Part shown: in pieces, positions 25,537 through 39,800 of the stretch
Numbering within the stretch: the stretch's first letter is position 1
Layout of the letters: each line of letters begins with the position of its first letter
DNA from: Amoebidium appalachense
Taxonomy: Eukaryota > Protista > Ichthyosporea
Reading direction: 5' to 3'
DNA: 64,000 bases
Assembly (NCBI GenBank): GCA_963693365.1
Contig: CAVNZM010000015.1
Coordinates: forward strand, 2,356,001-2,420,000
The notes under the pieces: model-generated
Databases searched by the model: none
The model's input: only the letters and a program-made list of their open reading frames with translations
Told to the model about the DNA's origin: nothing
Made by a program: the position numbers and the translations under genes

Positions 25537-26408
25537 AGCAGTTCAATCGAGGGCTCATTGCTACGCGTGCCGCTAATCTAGCTGCCGCGAGAGAAAAAAA
25601 CAAAACTGAGACGCACGTAACCGCGGCTACGTACTGAGCCTCGCCGTGATCATGGTGCGACAGTTACGTAATCCGAGCATCGATGGTGATACCCATAAAT
25701 CCTCTGTTTTCACCTGAAAATTAAAAAGCATCGCACTCTATATAACTAGGATTTTCATGACATGTAGAAGTTACAACCCTACTTAGTCCTACAGGGAATG
25801 TTTCTTGCAAATTTATGGAAGTCGTGCTATCGGATTGGATTACAAAATAGTTGGGCTAAATGTTTTTGTCCAATCATCATTTATGCTTAGATCGACCGCA
25901 ACATTTCCGAGATCTTGCATGAGCAAGGCTGCCAAGTTATGGGCTTTGTCAGTCACTCACGGTCCACTGGCAGCGGCGCCCGGCCTGTGTGGTAAGTTTA
26001 CCGTGAACGTTGCCCGGGTACGTACCGGTGCGCGCGAGTGTTGGGCGGGGCTTGGGGGAGGCTGGCTATATGGGCACGGGCTCGTCAAAGGTAATGAACA
26101 CAAAAAACAAGTTCGTTTGTCCTCTGCCTGATGGTGCCCGCAGTTACAGCAATCCCTTGTTATATAGCTCTCTCTTAAGCATTTTTGTTGCAGTGTTTGT
26201 GTCACAAAGTTTCAGAAGCTTCTAAAGTTCCCTCAATGCCGTCTGAAAATTATTGTTACAGCGTCCTCGTGCCCCCGTGGTACCAGCGTGAAGTAATAAG
26301 CAGGCTTTTTTGGAGAATTACATGCTTGGATGTGGTTCATGGTTGCTGCTCAACAGAATCAATAACTCATCTCCCTCGCGCAGATGGGCTGGCGTGCAGA
26401 CGGCAAGT

Positions 26409-27346
<938 letters not shown>

Positions 27347-28659
27347 CAGCATACTTAGTCAACTCGACGTGTCTCTCCTGACACGTTTCCTTTTTGTCTA
27401 CTTCCTTTATTTCCTTCACAATAACCCCTAGTTTCTGTCCTTGTTCCATTTTTTGCCGCCCCCGTTCCCATGTTTTCCCCGGCTGGCTTCACTGCTTTAC
27501 AGTTCTACCGGGTTCTGCCCCTTCCTTTATGAAACCCCCCCCCCCCCCCCCCCCCCCCTACAAACACACACACACACATACACACACACACACACACACA
27601 CAGCCTCGTTGTTTTATCTTAAGCATTTTATTTTTCGAAACTAGATCGGTAACTAGATTGAACATTGTCTAGTTCAAACTAGATACCTTATCTCTTGCTT
27701 TGGAGACCACCAAGTCATGTCCACTTTTGTTGCATTTTAAAAGGTTCTTTTTTACTAAACGAGCCTGGAAACCAGAAGGAAAACTGTCTAGTTCCAACTC
27801 GATACCTTATCTCCTGTTTTAGGGTCCACAAATTCTCGGCATCTTTGTTGCGTTCTAATAGATGCTTTCATTTACTATACATGGGTACACTAGACATTTT
27901 CCCGTCTAACTCCCGCTTGAATCCAAATTTCTTCTTCACGGACCCCCAAGTTGACCCGAATGGTGTACAGGGGAGCGAGAGACGTATTGCCACGTTGGGA
28001 GGAAGCCAATCGGGGGCCCCACAACCTCCTCAGCATCATTGCGGATCGGATGATGTGAATGCAAAGTCTGCAACCGTCAACGTCAAGTGACGGCGAGTAC
28101 ATTCGTTAAGAAGTGCAATAGCTGTGTCAAGTTGTTTTAGTGCACTGTATGGTTGAGGAGAAACGGGATGGTCCTGATTATATTGGGGGAGTTCCTCATT
28201 GGAAGAATAGGTCATAACAAAGTCGTTTGGTCGTCTCTTGAAGATTGTGTGTATTGGTTTCGTTGGTGGACGGGTGGGGCCAAGTTCCAACATGTGTTTG
28301 TTGACAAGGGTGAAAATCCACAAGAGAGTCTTTCTTCTGCTCCAATGCTAGCTAGCCTATCCTATGTACAGAGTGTGCGAGGTCCCTGTGGGTAACGACA
28401 CACCCAAGGGTGATCTCATACAGTGGGTGGGTCCAGCTGGGTATGATAAGATTGTGCAGTGTAACATGCAAGTTGGAAATAAAGCTGTCTCTCAAATACT
28501 TGAGAACAACGTTTTGAATGACATGTATAATCTGAAATACAGAACAAGAAATGCATTAAATTCTGGTTAGGCTAAAACAGCACGCCTAATTTTCTGCACC
28601 AAAACCTATAAATATACAGTCAATTTGCCTGTCATGATTCCACCTACCCCAGAAATCGG

Positions 28660-29765
28660 AATTAGGCTCCTGGTAGTATATTGATAGTACCTCCTACGTA
28701 ATGATTTGTTCGCATTCGAACATACTGGCAGTATATACTGAGACTATAACCAATATATGGTGTCCTTAGCTGTGTCCGTATTGGTGACAGTATTATAGAT
28801 GTATTCGTGACATTGCCAATACCACTTGTGCCTTAGATATTCGCAATAGGATAAAAGTTATCTTGCTATATCATGTTTATGTCCTACTAATATGGATGTG
28901 ATATGGGTAGGATATGATCTACATAATGTCAGTATATGTCCACCCTAATACCACGGTATTAGCAATGTACTGCGCATACAAGGACTACACTCCGAACATG
29001 TTTGTTGAACATGTGTTGGCAATACATTCACAATATCGCAACTACATAGGTAAAGTGACCTGTTCTTTCATCCCCAATATTGTACCAATATATTGGCAAT
29101 AAAATACACGCCCCATATTTTCGGTTGCTTTTACCTATTGATAATAGGTGCATAATAGTCTTGATATTGTGACGGATACATTGGCAATACATTTGGACCG
29201 AGTTGAGATCCTATTATAAGCATATCACAACCCTATAACCAATAGCGACGTTATGTTTGTATCGGCCATATGGGACACATGTGTTGGGTATATTGCCAAT
29301 AACCCAAAATGGTCAGGAATAATACATTCATAATATATTGGCAATAGTCTTGCCACGTTGGACAATACCATAATTTGACACAAAATTATCCTACATTTTA
29401 TATATTCATAACTTATTGACAATACTCCGCAAGCAATAGTATAATACCGAATAAATACATTGACAATATCGAAATTGTATTGTTAATAGGCACACGTACA
29501 CGCGTTTTGAGATATTGCCAGTACATTACTCATACGGTATATAGTTACTGGTGGTAGACCCGGCATGGTATGACAATAATATCAAAATATGTCGCCGATA
29601 TTACGTCAATATTACAGTTCTATTACACTTCTATAGCGTCTCTACCACAGAAAATCTCTACTCGCAATACATTGGCAATGGATAATTGATATTACTTCAG
29701 TATTAATCTGGTATTTTTACGATATTGGCAATAGATAATAGCCTCACAATATTGGCAATATACCG
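28660..29765. repeat. AT-rich region built from a degenerate short motif (ATATTGGCAATA / TATTGCCAATA) in both orientations; possible subterminal region or non-autonomous DNA element
   Basis: Motif variants near 28813, 29016, 29090, 29180, 29291, 29336, 29513, 29671, 29722 and 29749. Confidence 0.55.
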
Positions 29766-29969
29766 CCGGGAAGTTTGCTGATGCTGTTTATTCAACAATA
29801 GGTTGTGCTCGTACTCAACTAGTACTTGAAAATGTTTCTTACTACGCGTGTAAACACACGTGTACGGCCGGCGGCGGCTCAGTTGCCAACTTACGGTACT
29901 TGCAAACGGCAAAACGCCGGGCAGTTCAGCTGCAAGCTTCTTGTCTGATTGGCTGCTGGCTCTGGCGAC

Positions 29970-30761
29970 TGTCGTATCCTAACGTGTATGTATTAAGAGA
30001 CGCGGCACTCTTCTAAGTGTACATACACGGAAAGGAACGAACGTGTACTGAAAAACGGTAAAGTTTATTAAGACCAGGCTCCGACGGGCAAACTTAGATC
30101 CGAACGGAATGAGGCTAAGTCACAACTGAGGCCATCAAGGCCGTGCCCTACAAGATCATCATCACCTGGCCCCCCTACGATGCCACATTCCGTACATTCC
30201 GATCTAACTTTATCGTGCACCTGCACGAGCTAAGTCGATCGGCTCACACTAATATATTTATCCAAGTCTCACCCCTCTCCCTTCCCCTAGTGGCACCGCA
30301 GAGTCTAATTCTACATTTCATACTATCCCCTCCCCCCCCCTCCCTCCCCCCTTTTCCTCTACATCGAAATATATAAATACGTTTGGCAGCATACACTATC
30401 AAAACTTGCCAATATGCTTGTAAATTACAAAGGGCTTCTGCCCGAACTTATCACATTCCAAAGTCCTCCTACGATCTATCCTACACACTAATTAGAATTC
30501 TATTGGTTGGCTGCTCCAGCTGACGTGGTCCTGCCCTGCGCCGGCAGAGGCAAGATGCACGCAGCTGTACAGCTATCTTGAGGCCCCGGACTTGATCTTG
30601 ATGATCTGTGGACCCGGGCCACCGTGACCCCCCCCCCTCCCCCCCCCCCCCGATCTCGATCGTAGACTTAGGCTGATCTGCTGAGACGGATTAGTATATG
30701 TCAACTCGCCCCCCGGCCCCCGGAAAAGCTGAGTCCCACCTCAGTCACATTACATCTAACA
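29970..30761 (-). repeat. Probable 3' LTR (about 790 bp), preceded by a polypurine tract
   Basis: Minus strand reads TTTAGGGGG (PPT, 30770-30762), then TGTTAGA at 30761; AATAAA near 30069-30064; candidate end ...ACGACA at 29970. The outer boundary is inferred because there is no second LTR to compare. Confidence 0.6.
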
Positions 30762-30908
30762 CCCCCTAAAAAGACATAGACTAATCAGTCTCCCCAAAAA
30801 AGAATTAAATTAAATAAATTACGAAGAAAAATAATAAATTAATCTACACCATAAGCTTGATACCTACGGAGACACCTATGATAATAAATTAAATTCCTAC
30901 GACTACGT

Positions 30909-33900
30909 TCACACTCCTCCTCGGTTTCCCCCCCCCCCTCCCCCTCCCCCCGTGTGTCTACGTGTATTTGCATCACTCCCCCCCCCCCCGGCCCCCTCCC
31001 CCACCGACTTCTTCACACCACGATTAAACTGAGGAATAACTCTCTTCGGCCTAGAGGGAGCACTAGGCAACTCCCTCTGCACTAATCTAGCCTCATAAGC
31101 ACGAATAGAAAACGGGCAATCCAAATGAAACTCAGGCAACCACTGATCTTCCTGATAACCTCCATCAAAACGAATTAAATAATAATTTACCTTACCTTCC
31201 TTACCTTCGATAACCTTTTCATCCATAATTTTATCTACTGCAGCCTCCGATACATCCACCGACCCGTCATAGTCGGGGGTGAATGCATCTAACACTCGAC
31301 GGCCCTCCGGCCGTTTTACCCTAAGGGCCCTATCATAATATTCCTTTATATCATCTACATTATAAAATCTAACATCACTCTCATTATCTAACCTCTGCAC
31401 CTTATATTCCGTCGGACCTAACCTAGCCACTATTTTATACGGACCAATGAAAAGAGGCAACCATTTCTTACCATACTTACGAAGACCTTCACCTTCACCT
31501 TTACCTTCCTGCTCCTGCTTATATCTCTTTTTCCTAGTATGATCCCTAATTAAAACTAAAGTACCCTCGGCAAATTCACGTAACGGACGTGTGGACACGT
31601 CTGCACGTGCCTGTGCCTGCTGTGTACGGGCCAGAGCTGCATCACGTGCAGCCCGGGCCCGGGTTAGTAGCTGCTCCCGGAACTCAGTCCAGTGGGGATA
31701 AGTTAGTCGGTCAGTCCCCCCCATCGGCAAAAGTGCCGTATCTAACAAACTAATAGCCTCCTACCCATAGACCAAATAAAGCGGAGAAAAACCAGTCACA
31801 GCATGAGGGGTAGAATTATATGAATGAGCAATAAACCTAGACATATGATCCCAATCATTAGCCTCCACATCCACCATTTTTCCAAAGGACTTCTGAAACA
31901 CTGCATGCACACGTTCAGAGATGGCATTTGCTTGAGGGTGATATGCAGACGTAGTGATATGAGCTACCCTTAAAATTTTACAAACCTCCGACACCAACTG
32001 ATATAAAAACACACGACTCCTATCCGTTAACAAAACACGAGGACAACCAAACCTAAGACAAATTTCATCCACAAAAATACGAGCAAACAAAACGGCATTA
32101 GCAGTGGGGAGAGGAAAAACTTCAACCCAACGAGTGGCCACATCGGTGACGGTAACAAGAACAGTGTTACCCTCAACCGTAGAATTAAAAGGACCAACCA
32201 CATCCACTGCTACCCTTTCAAACATACGAACATTAAAATCCCTACTAAACGACGGGCGGGAACGAGAGTGGGGACTCTCATTCCTTTCCTGACAATGCAT
32301 GCATGACAACACATAATCCCTCACCTCCCGACTCATCCCCGGCCAAAAATACAAACGATTAACACGAAGCAACGTCCTATTTACACCTAAATGACCAGCC
32401 ATGGATCGGATGCTCATGCACCATATGCAAAACCTCAGGCACAAGTGCCGTCGGGACCCAAACTCGGTGTCCATCTGGCCCAGAACAATGATAAACTAAA
32501 TCCTGCTCTACCTGACATAGTTTTGCTAACTTAGCTACCTTAATCATCTGCCTTTTATTTTTAAATTTAATCGAATCAACCGGCCCCTTTAAATAATGCT
32601 TAACCAGACCAATCAACACATCTTTTTCCTGAGCTAAGATCAAAGCCGTAGGTGCTAAGGCAGGGGCCGAGCCATGAGACTCGGTCCCGACCTCAGACAC
32701 TGACAAATACCTCCCCCCCCCTCCCCTACACTTATAAGCAAGCAACCCCGGAGCCCAAGAAGACACATCAACAGACACAGCATCTATTCCTTTCTGCTCA
32801 CTCTCCCCCCCCTTCCCCCCTCCCCCCCCGTCTCTCACTAGCCCCCCCCTCCCCCTCCTTCTCTTCTTCAAACAAAATATAAGCAGCACGAGAGAGAGCA
32901 TCACAATCAACCATTGTTTCACCCTTGGCATAAAACAATTTATAGGAGAACTCACCGAGAGCCGCGGCCCACTTCTGCATCCTCTCGTTGACCAGACGAG
33001 TGGTGCCGGCCATGGCTAGGCAGGGCTTGTGGTCGGTGTAGACCTCGAACGTCCTGCCTGCGAGTATATACCTCCATGCCTGTGAGACTGCCCAAAAGAT
33101 AGCATGGGACTCTCTCTCCGGATTGCTATATCTACGTTCACTTTTACTAAATGAACGACTAGCATAAGCAATCACTCTATCCTGCCCCTCCTGCACTTGA
33201 TATAACACGGCCCCCTCAGCAAACTTACTTGCATCACACCGAACTTTAAACATCCCCCCCCTCGGCCGAAAAATCAGGATGAACAAGCATACTCGAAGAC
33301 TGCAAAGCTAACTTAAGCTTTTCGAAAGCAGAAACAGCATCAACACACCAATCTATTCTATTCTTCTTCTCCCCCCCTGTCTGACTAGTTAACGGCAAAG
33401 CAAGCATACTATAATCCTTCATATAACGACGAAGATAATTAGTTAAACCTAAAAATTGCCTTAGTTGAGTGACAGTCTGAGGACGGGGCCACTCAACTAT
33501 GGCCCGGATTTTCTCCGGATCAGGGGAAAGACCATTACTAGACACGATATGACCTAAAAACTTAACCTCCGGCACCGTGACACCAATCACAGTCTTGCTA
33601 CCGCTAATACGAAGACCAGACTCGCCCAAAGCTAAAAATACTTTTTCACAATTATTAACTAACTCCTCAAACGACCTACCTTTAATTAAAACATCATCCA
33701 AATAAGGGTGGCATACATCCAAATGAGGGCGGAGAATTTTATACATTACCCGGCACAACATAGCTGGAGAGGAGAGCAAACCCATCGGCACCACCTTGTA
33801 CTGGAACAGCTGGTCACCCAGTGCAAAGGCAGTCTTCTCCTTGCTGCTCTCCTCCAACCTTATCTGCCAAAAAAGCTGCTTTTAAATCAAGTTTAGCAAA

Positions 33901-34611
33901 GTGAGTATAGCCGTGCAGCTGTGAAAGCTGCTCGTCCATGTTAGGGAGAGGCCATTGGTCTGCCTTAGTGACCCGATTCAGAGCCCTGTCATCGTTCACT
34001 AGACGCCAAGACCCGTCGGGCTTCTTAACCAATAGCACCGGACTTCTCCACGGACTCGAACTATGCTCCACATGACCCTTTTTTAACATATCACTCACTA
34101 TAATTAGCGCATCTGACAATTTATACTGCTCCATTCTATAGCTAGGCATAACTACCGGCCTATTATCACCTGTGTCGATCTGCATTTCAAACCCTTTAAC
34201 AAAGCCTACTTCGTTATCATCGGCCAGAAATGCAAACCGAGTCCTATCAAATAACTTAGCTAATAACTTTTTCTGCTCCACCGTCCAATCCCCCTCCTTC
34301 ATACCAAACGGCAATACTAACTCCGGGTTACCCCCATCACAAGTGGATGTATCCTTATTCACCGGAGTGCCACTTAACATTTCACCTCCTGTATTACATC
34401 GGTGCTGCACGGGGTGAGTTTGAGGTACCTCCGGATATAGGCGGTCACCCTTAGCACCCCCTCCCCCCGGCACACCAATGCCCCCGGGCAATTCCTGATG
34501 AGTTAGTGCATGTATGTGGGGGGCCAGGTCTGTGGCCACCCTGCCCCCCACGGTGTTGGTTAACCCGTCAGATCCACGGGTTAGACCAACACCCTCCCCC
34601 CCTGCCTGCAC
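30909..34611 (-). pseudogene. pol: Gypsy pol (RT, RNase H, integrase, chromodomain) with frameshifts and a stop
   Basis: SSSPWRSPVLLVKKPDGSWRL..FAKLDLKAAF; PMGL..YLDD; CDASK..IAYASR..VYTDHKP; GHLGV..CMHCQ; VAVDVVGP..TD..YHPQANAISER; LFIGPYKI; VDKIMDEK..YYLIRFDGGYQEDQWLPEFHLDCP. Split over ORFs 33814-34611, 33246-33857, 32798-33286, 32377-32955, 31761-32474 and 30909-31748. Confidence 0.93.
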
Positions 34612-34667
34612 ATTCTCACACCCGGGGTGACCCTCCTTCCTCTTGGGGGTCGGGGGTATAGAGGTTG

Positions 34668-35270
34668 TTTATTGGATATACATTGGATATACATATACAT
34701 ACTCCCGTGGACATCCATTGGACTATCTTTAGTTATGATATATTAGATATCCCAATATCATTCAAGGATGTAACATGTATCCTCTAAATCCCATTCCGAT
34801 ATAGTTCCTAATATATCTATTAGAGCATATATTTCTCATAACGGGATATCTTACGAACAATCAAAGGAGGATGTAGGTAGCATACACAACATATTACCTG
34901 GATGGAAGATATATGCTATTGGTATCATTTGCTTATTACTCAGTGCATATCCAAAGGATATATGCAGCCTAATCCAGGAAGTATACCAAACACATAATTT
35001 GGATATCATGAAATAATACACAAATCGACATTAACACGTACACTGGATATCGCGTAAATGCTATCGGGATTATAATGGGATTGTAAAGGCTGGGATAATA
35101 TATTGAATCGAAATACTAACAGTATGAACTTTGGATTATGTCGATATATAAGACAGATGATATCTTCATTATATCTACTATGCCACAAGAATACAAGATA
35201 TACATTATATGATATATACATTATTTGTCGATTGCTATTATAATGCTACGTAGATAATATAAGGATGACA
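34668..35270. repeat. AT-rich region of degenerate GGATAT/ATATCC motifs where the Gypsy element is truncated
   Basis: Repeated TTGGATAT(A/C), GATATC and ATATCC; abrupt composition change from the Gypsy sequence. Confidence 0.45.
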
Positions 35271-35363
35271 TCCCTTGTCGGCCCCCCCCGTTCTTCCCCG
35301 TCCCTCCCTCCCTTCCTTAGTCATTCTTGTTCGACATACAGAAGACGACAGTATTTTTACTAC

Positions 35364-35562
35364 AAGTCTCGCTCCACAGGAGCAGAGACTTCCATTATCC
35401 TATAAGTCTCGCTGTGGCACAGGAGCAGAGACCGAGTTAACTTCTAAGTCTGGCTCCGCAGGAGCCGTGACAAACAGGCACAACTATCAAAATTTTCTAA
35501 GTCTCGCTCCTCTTGAGACAAGACACCAATTCCCTAAGTCTCCCTCCACATGAGAAGAGACT
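35364..35562. repeat. Array of 5 imperfect hairpin units (AAGTCTCGCTCC-ACA-GGAGCAGAGAC)
   Basis: Units start near 35364, 35404, 35446, 35499 and 35536, separated by short unrelated spacers. Confidence 0.75.
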
Positions 35563-35934
35563 GCACTACTCTAACAAGCATTCAAACTAACATACCACCC
35601 CAGGTGGCATCCATTCTCTACTATCTGCTTTATCTCGCATCTCGTAACAACACTACTCTTATGCAAACAAAAAATACCAAAAAGAATTATGACAAAAAAA
35701 GAAAACAAAACTACCACACAAGCACAACAGGCTGGGCTGGGGCCGCATTTTAAGGCGGCGTCTCCTTCTCACTGATCTGCTGGCCGGGAGGGGTTGCAGT
35801 GGGGGTCGAAGGTTGCTGAGCAGGTGGGGCCCCGTCGTCGGCAGGGGGGGGGTGGGGGTGGAAGACCGGGGGGGGAGTCTTTCTTCTTCTCCTGGTGGTT
35901 CGCCAACTCCTGGAGATTGGCAATGCATGTTAGT

Positions 35935-36845
35935 TGTGCATAAAGCAAAGCGTATTCCCCTCCACCCAAAAAGGCTAACCATCTAATCTATACTCAATCA
36001 ACCAAACTCCTACAACATGTGTAAGTAGATGTGATAAAAAATGCTGTGAGTCCTCTCAGTCCCATGATAACAACAAAGCTCTTCATTGTGTCTGGTCGTG
36101 AGCAACACAGAAACGAAACACGGAAACAACAGCAGCCATAGGACAAAGAGCCGGTACCCACCTATGGATGCTAAACATCACAGATCAAAGTACCAGTCAT
36201 CGTGCTGTAAGAGCAACACAGAAACGAAAAACGGAAACAACAGCAGCCATAGGACAAAGAGCCGGTACCTGGCACCTCTAGAGTGGCAAAAAAAGAGTCG
36301 ACAGAACCAACCTCAAACATAATAAGGACGGAAACCCGGACCAGAACTTATGAAGTCTAGAGAAACAGAAAATAGCTTGAACGACTGGTGGAGGGGATGA
36401 TAGCTATAGTGCTAACAGCAAAAGTAGTGCCCACAGTCGCTGGTTCATGAACGTGAAAAGGCAACATGCATCTGCAGCCAGCAGACACACGCACACGCAC
36501 GCACACACACACACATACACACACACGCACACAAACACAGACACAGACACAGATATAATCACAGGCACGGACACAGACCAGACAGACAAACGCCATATGC
36601 ACAAAAGCAGGCAACACAAAACCAACCTTCAAACGGCCTTTCAACCGTTAGGCGAAGAAGCTGCAGCATGCAGCATGGTCGAAACCATTCACCACGGTGG
36701 CTGCGCGACCTGCGGAGGGGACCTGTGACCAGGCGACCTGCGGGAAGGGAACTGCGACCAGGCGACCTGCGGGAAGGGACCTGCGATCAGGCGACCTGCG
36801 GAAAAGGACCTGCGGACCTGCGGGAAGGGGGAAGAGAAATGCAGC
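35935..36845. repeat. ~910-bp segment duplicated near-identically at 49830-50740, fused to a 5'-truncated YR-element ORF1; contains a ~60-bp direct repeat and ~29-bp GCGACCTGCGG tandem repeats
   Basis: Identical ORF translations 36086-36322 and 49981-50217; near-identical 36447-36728 and 50342-50623; tandem repeats at 36704-36830. Confidence 0.95.
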
Positions 36846-39800
36846 AACCGTCAACAGTGTGGTTTCAGCCCTCAAGGCGCGCTTGGTGGCTTTTGATGAC
36901 CCTAAGATGGTCGGTTGGAAAGTCACCGACCAGCTGCACTTGCTCTGTCGCACTCCTCGCAGAGGCCGTGCCTCGCCCCCACCTGGGTCGCCCTCTCCCC
37001 AGCGGCGTTCTGACGGTGTAGACGTCCAAGAGCAGCTGCAGGCGCTTTCTGCCCAAGTGCAAGCCCTCTCTGTTGCCCAGTCTGGTCGCCCCAAGAAGCC
37101 CTCTGCCGGCGGCCTGCTGAGCACGCTGTCTGCGCGGGCAAAGGGCAAGGAGCCTGTCTATGTGGCAGTGAAGACACCCCATCGTCGAGTGAGGATTCTT
37201 CTTCCAGCAGCAGTGGCTACGGTCGTTCCTCTCGCAGCCGTCGTTCCTCTGGCCGTTCCAAACCCAACCCCAGCCGTTATCTGCTCTCCAGCGGCGACAA
37301 AGTCAACCTGCACGTCAAGGAACGTCTGGCTCCTTCCTACCTCAAGAGCACCTTGGCTGACCAGGCCTCGGTCACTGCGGCTGTCCACGCGGCGGATTGG
37401 GTCAGCTACCCCAACAAACGGGAGGCTCTGACGCTTGCCCGTATGCTGGATCTGCTGCTGGCTGCCGACCCTAAGGCCCGCAAGGAGTCGCCTGCTGTGG
37501 AAGTAGGTGTGCGCCGCGCCGTCTGCTGGCTGTCCAGACTGCTGATCAGTCCAACGGGGACTGGGCTGTTGCAGAGCAGTTTGAGGAGCTCCCTGCGCGC
37601 AGCCTGCCCCTGCCCCCTGCCTTGGCCACCCGAGCTGTTCATCAAGCCAAGACCCTCGCCGAAGTCACCCGGGCTCGGCGCGGTCCCGGCAGCGGCCCAT
37701 CCGGCGCCGGTCCATCCACCCCTCCGGGGGCCGGTGGCCACAGGGCCTAAACGGCCCTTTGGGTGTTCGCCACGTGGTTCTGTATATTATTTTCTTGTGG
37801 TTTCCTGCCACGTGCCCTTGATTAAATATGCCCCCTTATTTTTCTAAGGGTTCCACAGCTATGCCACGTCATGTCTTTGCCGCCTCTGATTTGTTTCCTG
37901 TTCCGGCCGCCATTCCTGTGCCGGACCGTTCTGGACAAGACAGTCTACGGAGTCAACGCCATCGGCAACGTCTGTCTCACCGCCTGAAGGGGGTTCTAAC
38001 CGTTGTCTTGGTGCCCTGAACGAGCTGTGGGCAGCCGGCCCTTGCCCATTCCTGACCCGGTTGGTGAACAGTCACCACCATGCCCTGTGGACCTTGTCCT
38101 TACGGCCAGCTACGATGCTATACGCGCGGGTGTCTTCGACGCTCAGCCTGCGAGTAGTGTCTTGGCTGCGTTCCCCGCGGCCTACCCTGTATTGACAGGA
38201 TGGCTACCTCTCACGGCGGCAAATGCCGCTTTGCCACCCCCTGGGGTTGGAGCCACAGTGGACGTGTTGCAATTTTTGTCTCCTACACTGCAGCCGTTTT
38301 TGGCCAACCGCGACGGGCCTTCTCAAGCCTGTTCCGCCGACGCCTGCAGAGCTGCGCCACATCCGACCGGCGCATCACGTTCCCAGTGGGGAATACGGTC
38401 CCCTGCTTCTTCGGCTTCAAGACTGCGGCATGGTGCACTATTTCGAGGTGGAGGAAAAACCACTGGCCATCAATGGGCTGTTTGGGGTCCCCAAAGACAC
38501 CAGAGCCCGCATCATTTTTGACGGCCGCCGTGGCAACCTGTTCTTTGTCCGTGATCATCCTGCCCTCAAGGAGCACCTGCCCAACCCTGCCGATTTTGCC
38601 GATCTGTTGGTGGGACCTGAGGATTGCCTCTAATTTGGCAAGTCGGACATGGACAACCAGTTCCATCGTCTTCTTGCCCCCGAGTGGCTGTGGCGGTACT
38701 TCGGATTGCCGCCTCTGTCTACGAAGGCTGTTGGCATTTCTGGGCCCGACCGGCTTGTGTACCCGGCCCTCAAGACCGTGCCCATGGGCTGGGTGCATTC
38801 TGTGCTTGTGGCTCAAGACGTCTGGGCAGTTGGCTGACCGAGCCGGCATGCCCCGCATTGAGCGCCGCTGTGCGATAGTGCCGCGGCCTGTGGAGGCCAC
38901 GCAGCATGCCCTGTATGTGGACGACTGTGGCTGGTTCGGCACAGAGGCCACCGCCATCAATCTTCAGTGTGAATCGTATCATGGCGTCACCGGCCCGGCT
39001 GCTCTTCCCTCCAAAGTCAGGAAGGATGTGGCTGCTGGTTCGTCGTCCTCTATGGTGCTGCTAGGCCTTGAAATGCATTGCTCTGGGATTTTGCGCCCGT
39101 CTGGTGCTTCCTTGTGCCGTCTGATGGTGAAACCCAGGCCGTGTTGCGTCGTGGTGTCGTCACGCAGCTTCATTTGCAGCAGTTGCTTGGTGGTTGGGTG
39201 TGGGCGGCACTGCTGCAGCGGTCGCTTTTGTCGGTTCTGAGTGCCTCTACAGTTTTGTGAAGCAGCTGGGGGGTCGGGAACAGCCCAGCCCCTTCCACCG
39301 CCCGTGGTGTGGGAGCTTCAGGCGATGTGTGCTTTGGCCCCGTTGATGCATTGTGCGTTCTGGGTTTGCTAGCACCATGTTCTGCACTGATGCTTCCTTG
39401 TTGGGTGGTGCAGTGGTGTCCCGGGTGCTTCCAGCAGCGCTTCTCCGCCAAGTGCTGCCTCACTGCAACCGGCGTGGCCACTACAGCCAGCTGTCTGGTC
39501 CCGTGCACGAGCCAAGCCCGTCCGCCCCCCCGGCACCTATTCTGGCAGCTGTTGGTGGCCGGTGGACCATCAACATCAGTCATCGTTGGCGCTACTCCGA
39601 CCACATCAACATTCTGGAGGGAGAAGCCTTGCTTCTGGGGCTTCGTCGATTTGGTCGGTCTACGGCTGCCCGGGGCTCCCGCTACCTTTGGGGCCTTGAT
39701 CCGACGGCGCTGCTTGGGGCTGTTGCTAAGGGTTGTTCAGCATCCTGACGCCTGAACCGTGTATGCCGCCAGGTGGCTTCCTACACGCTTGCCCTTGACA

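Larger units (their letters stand above)
29970..34665 (-). mobile_element. Ty3/Gypsy LTR retrotransposon with chromodomain, 5'-truncated (no gag, protease or 5' LTR seen)
   Basis: Domain order RT-RH-INT-chromodomain, followed by a PPT and a TG-starting LTR. Confidence 0.9.
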
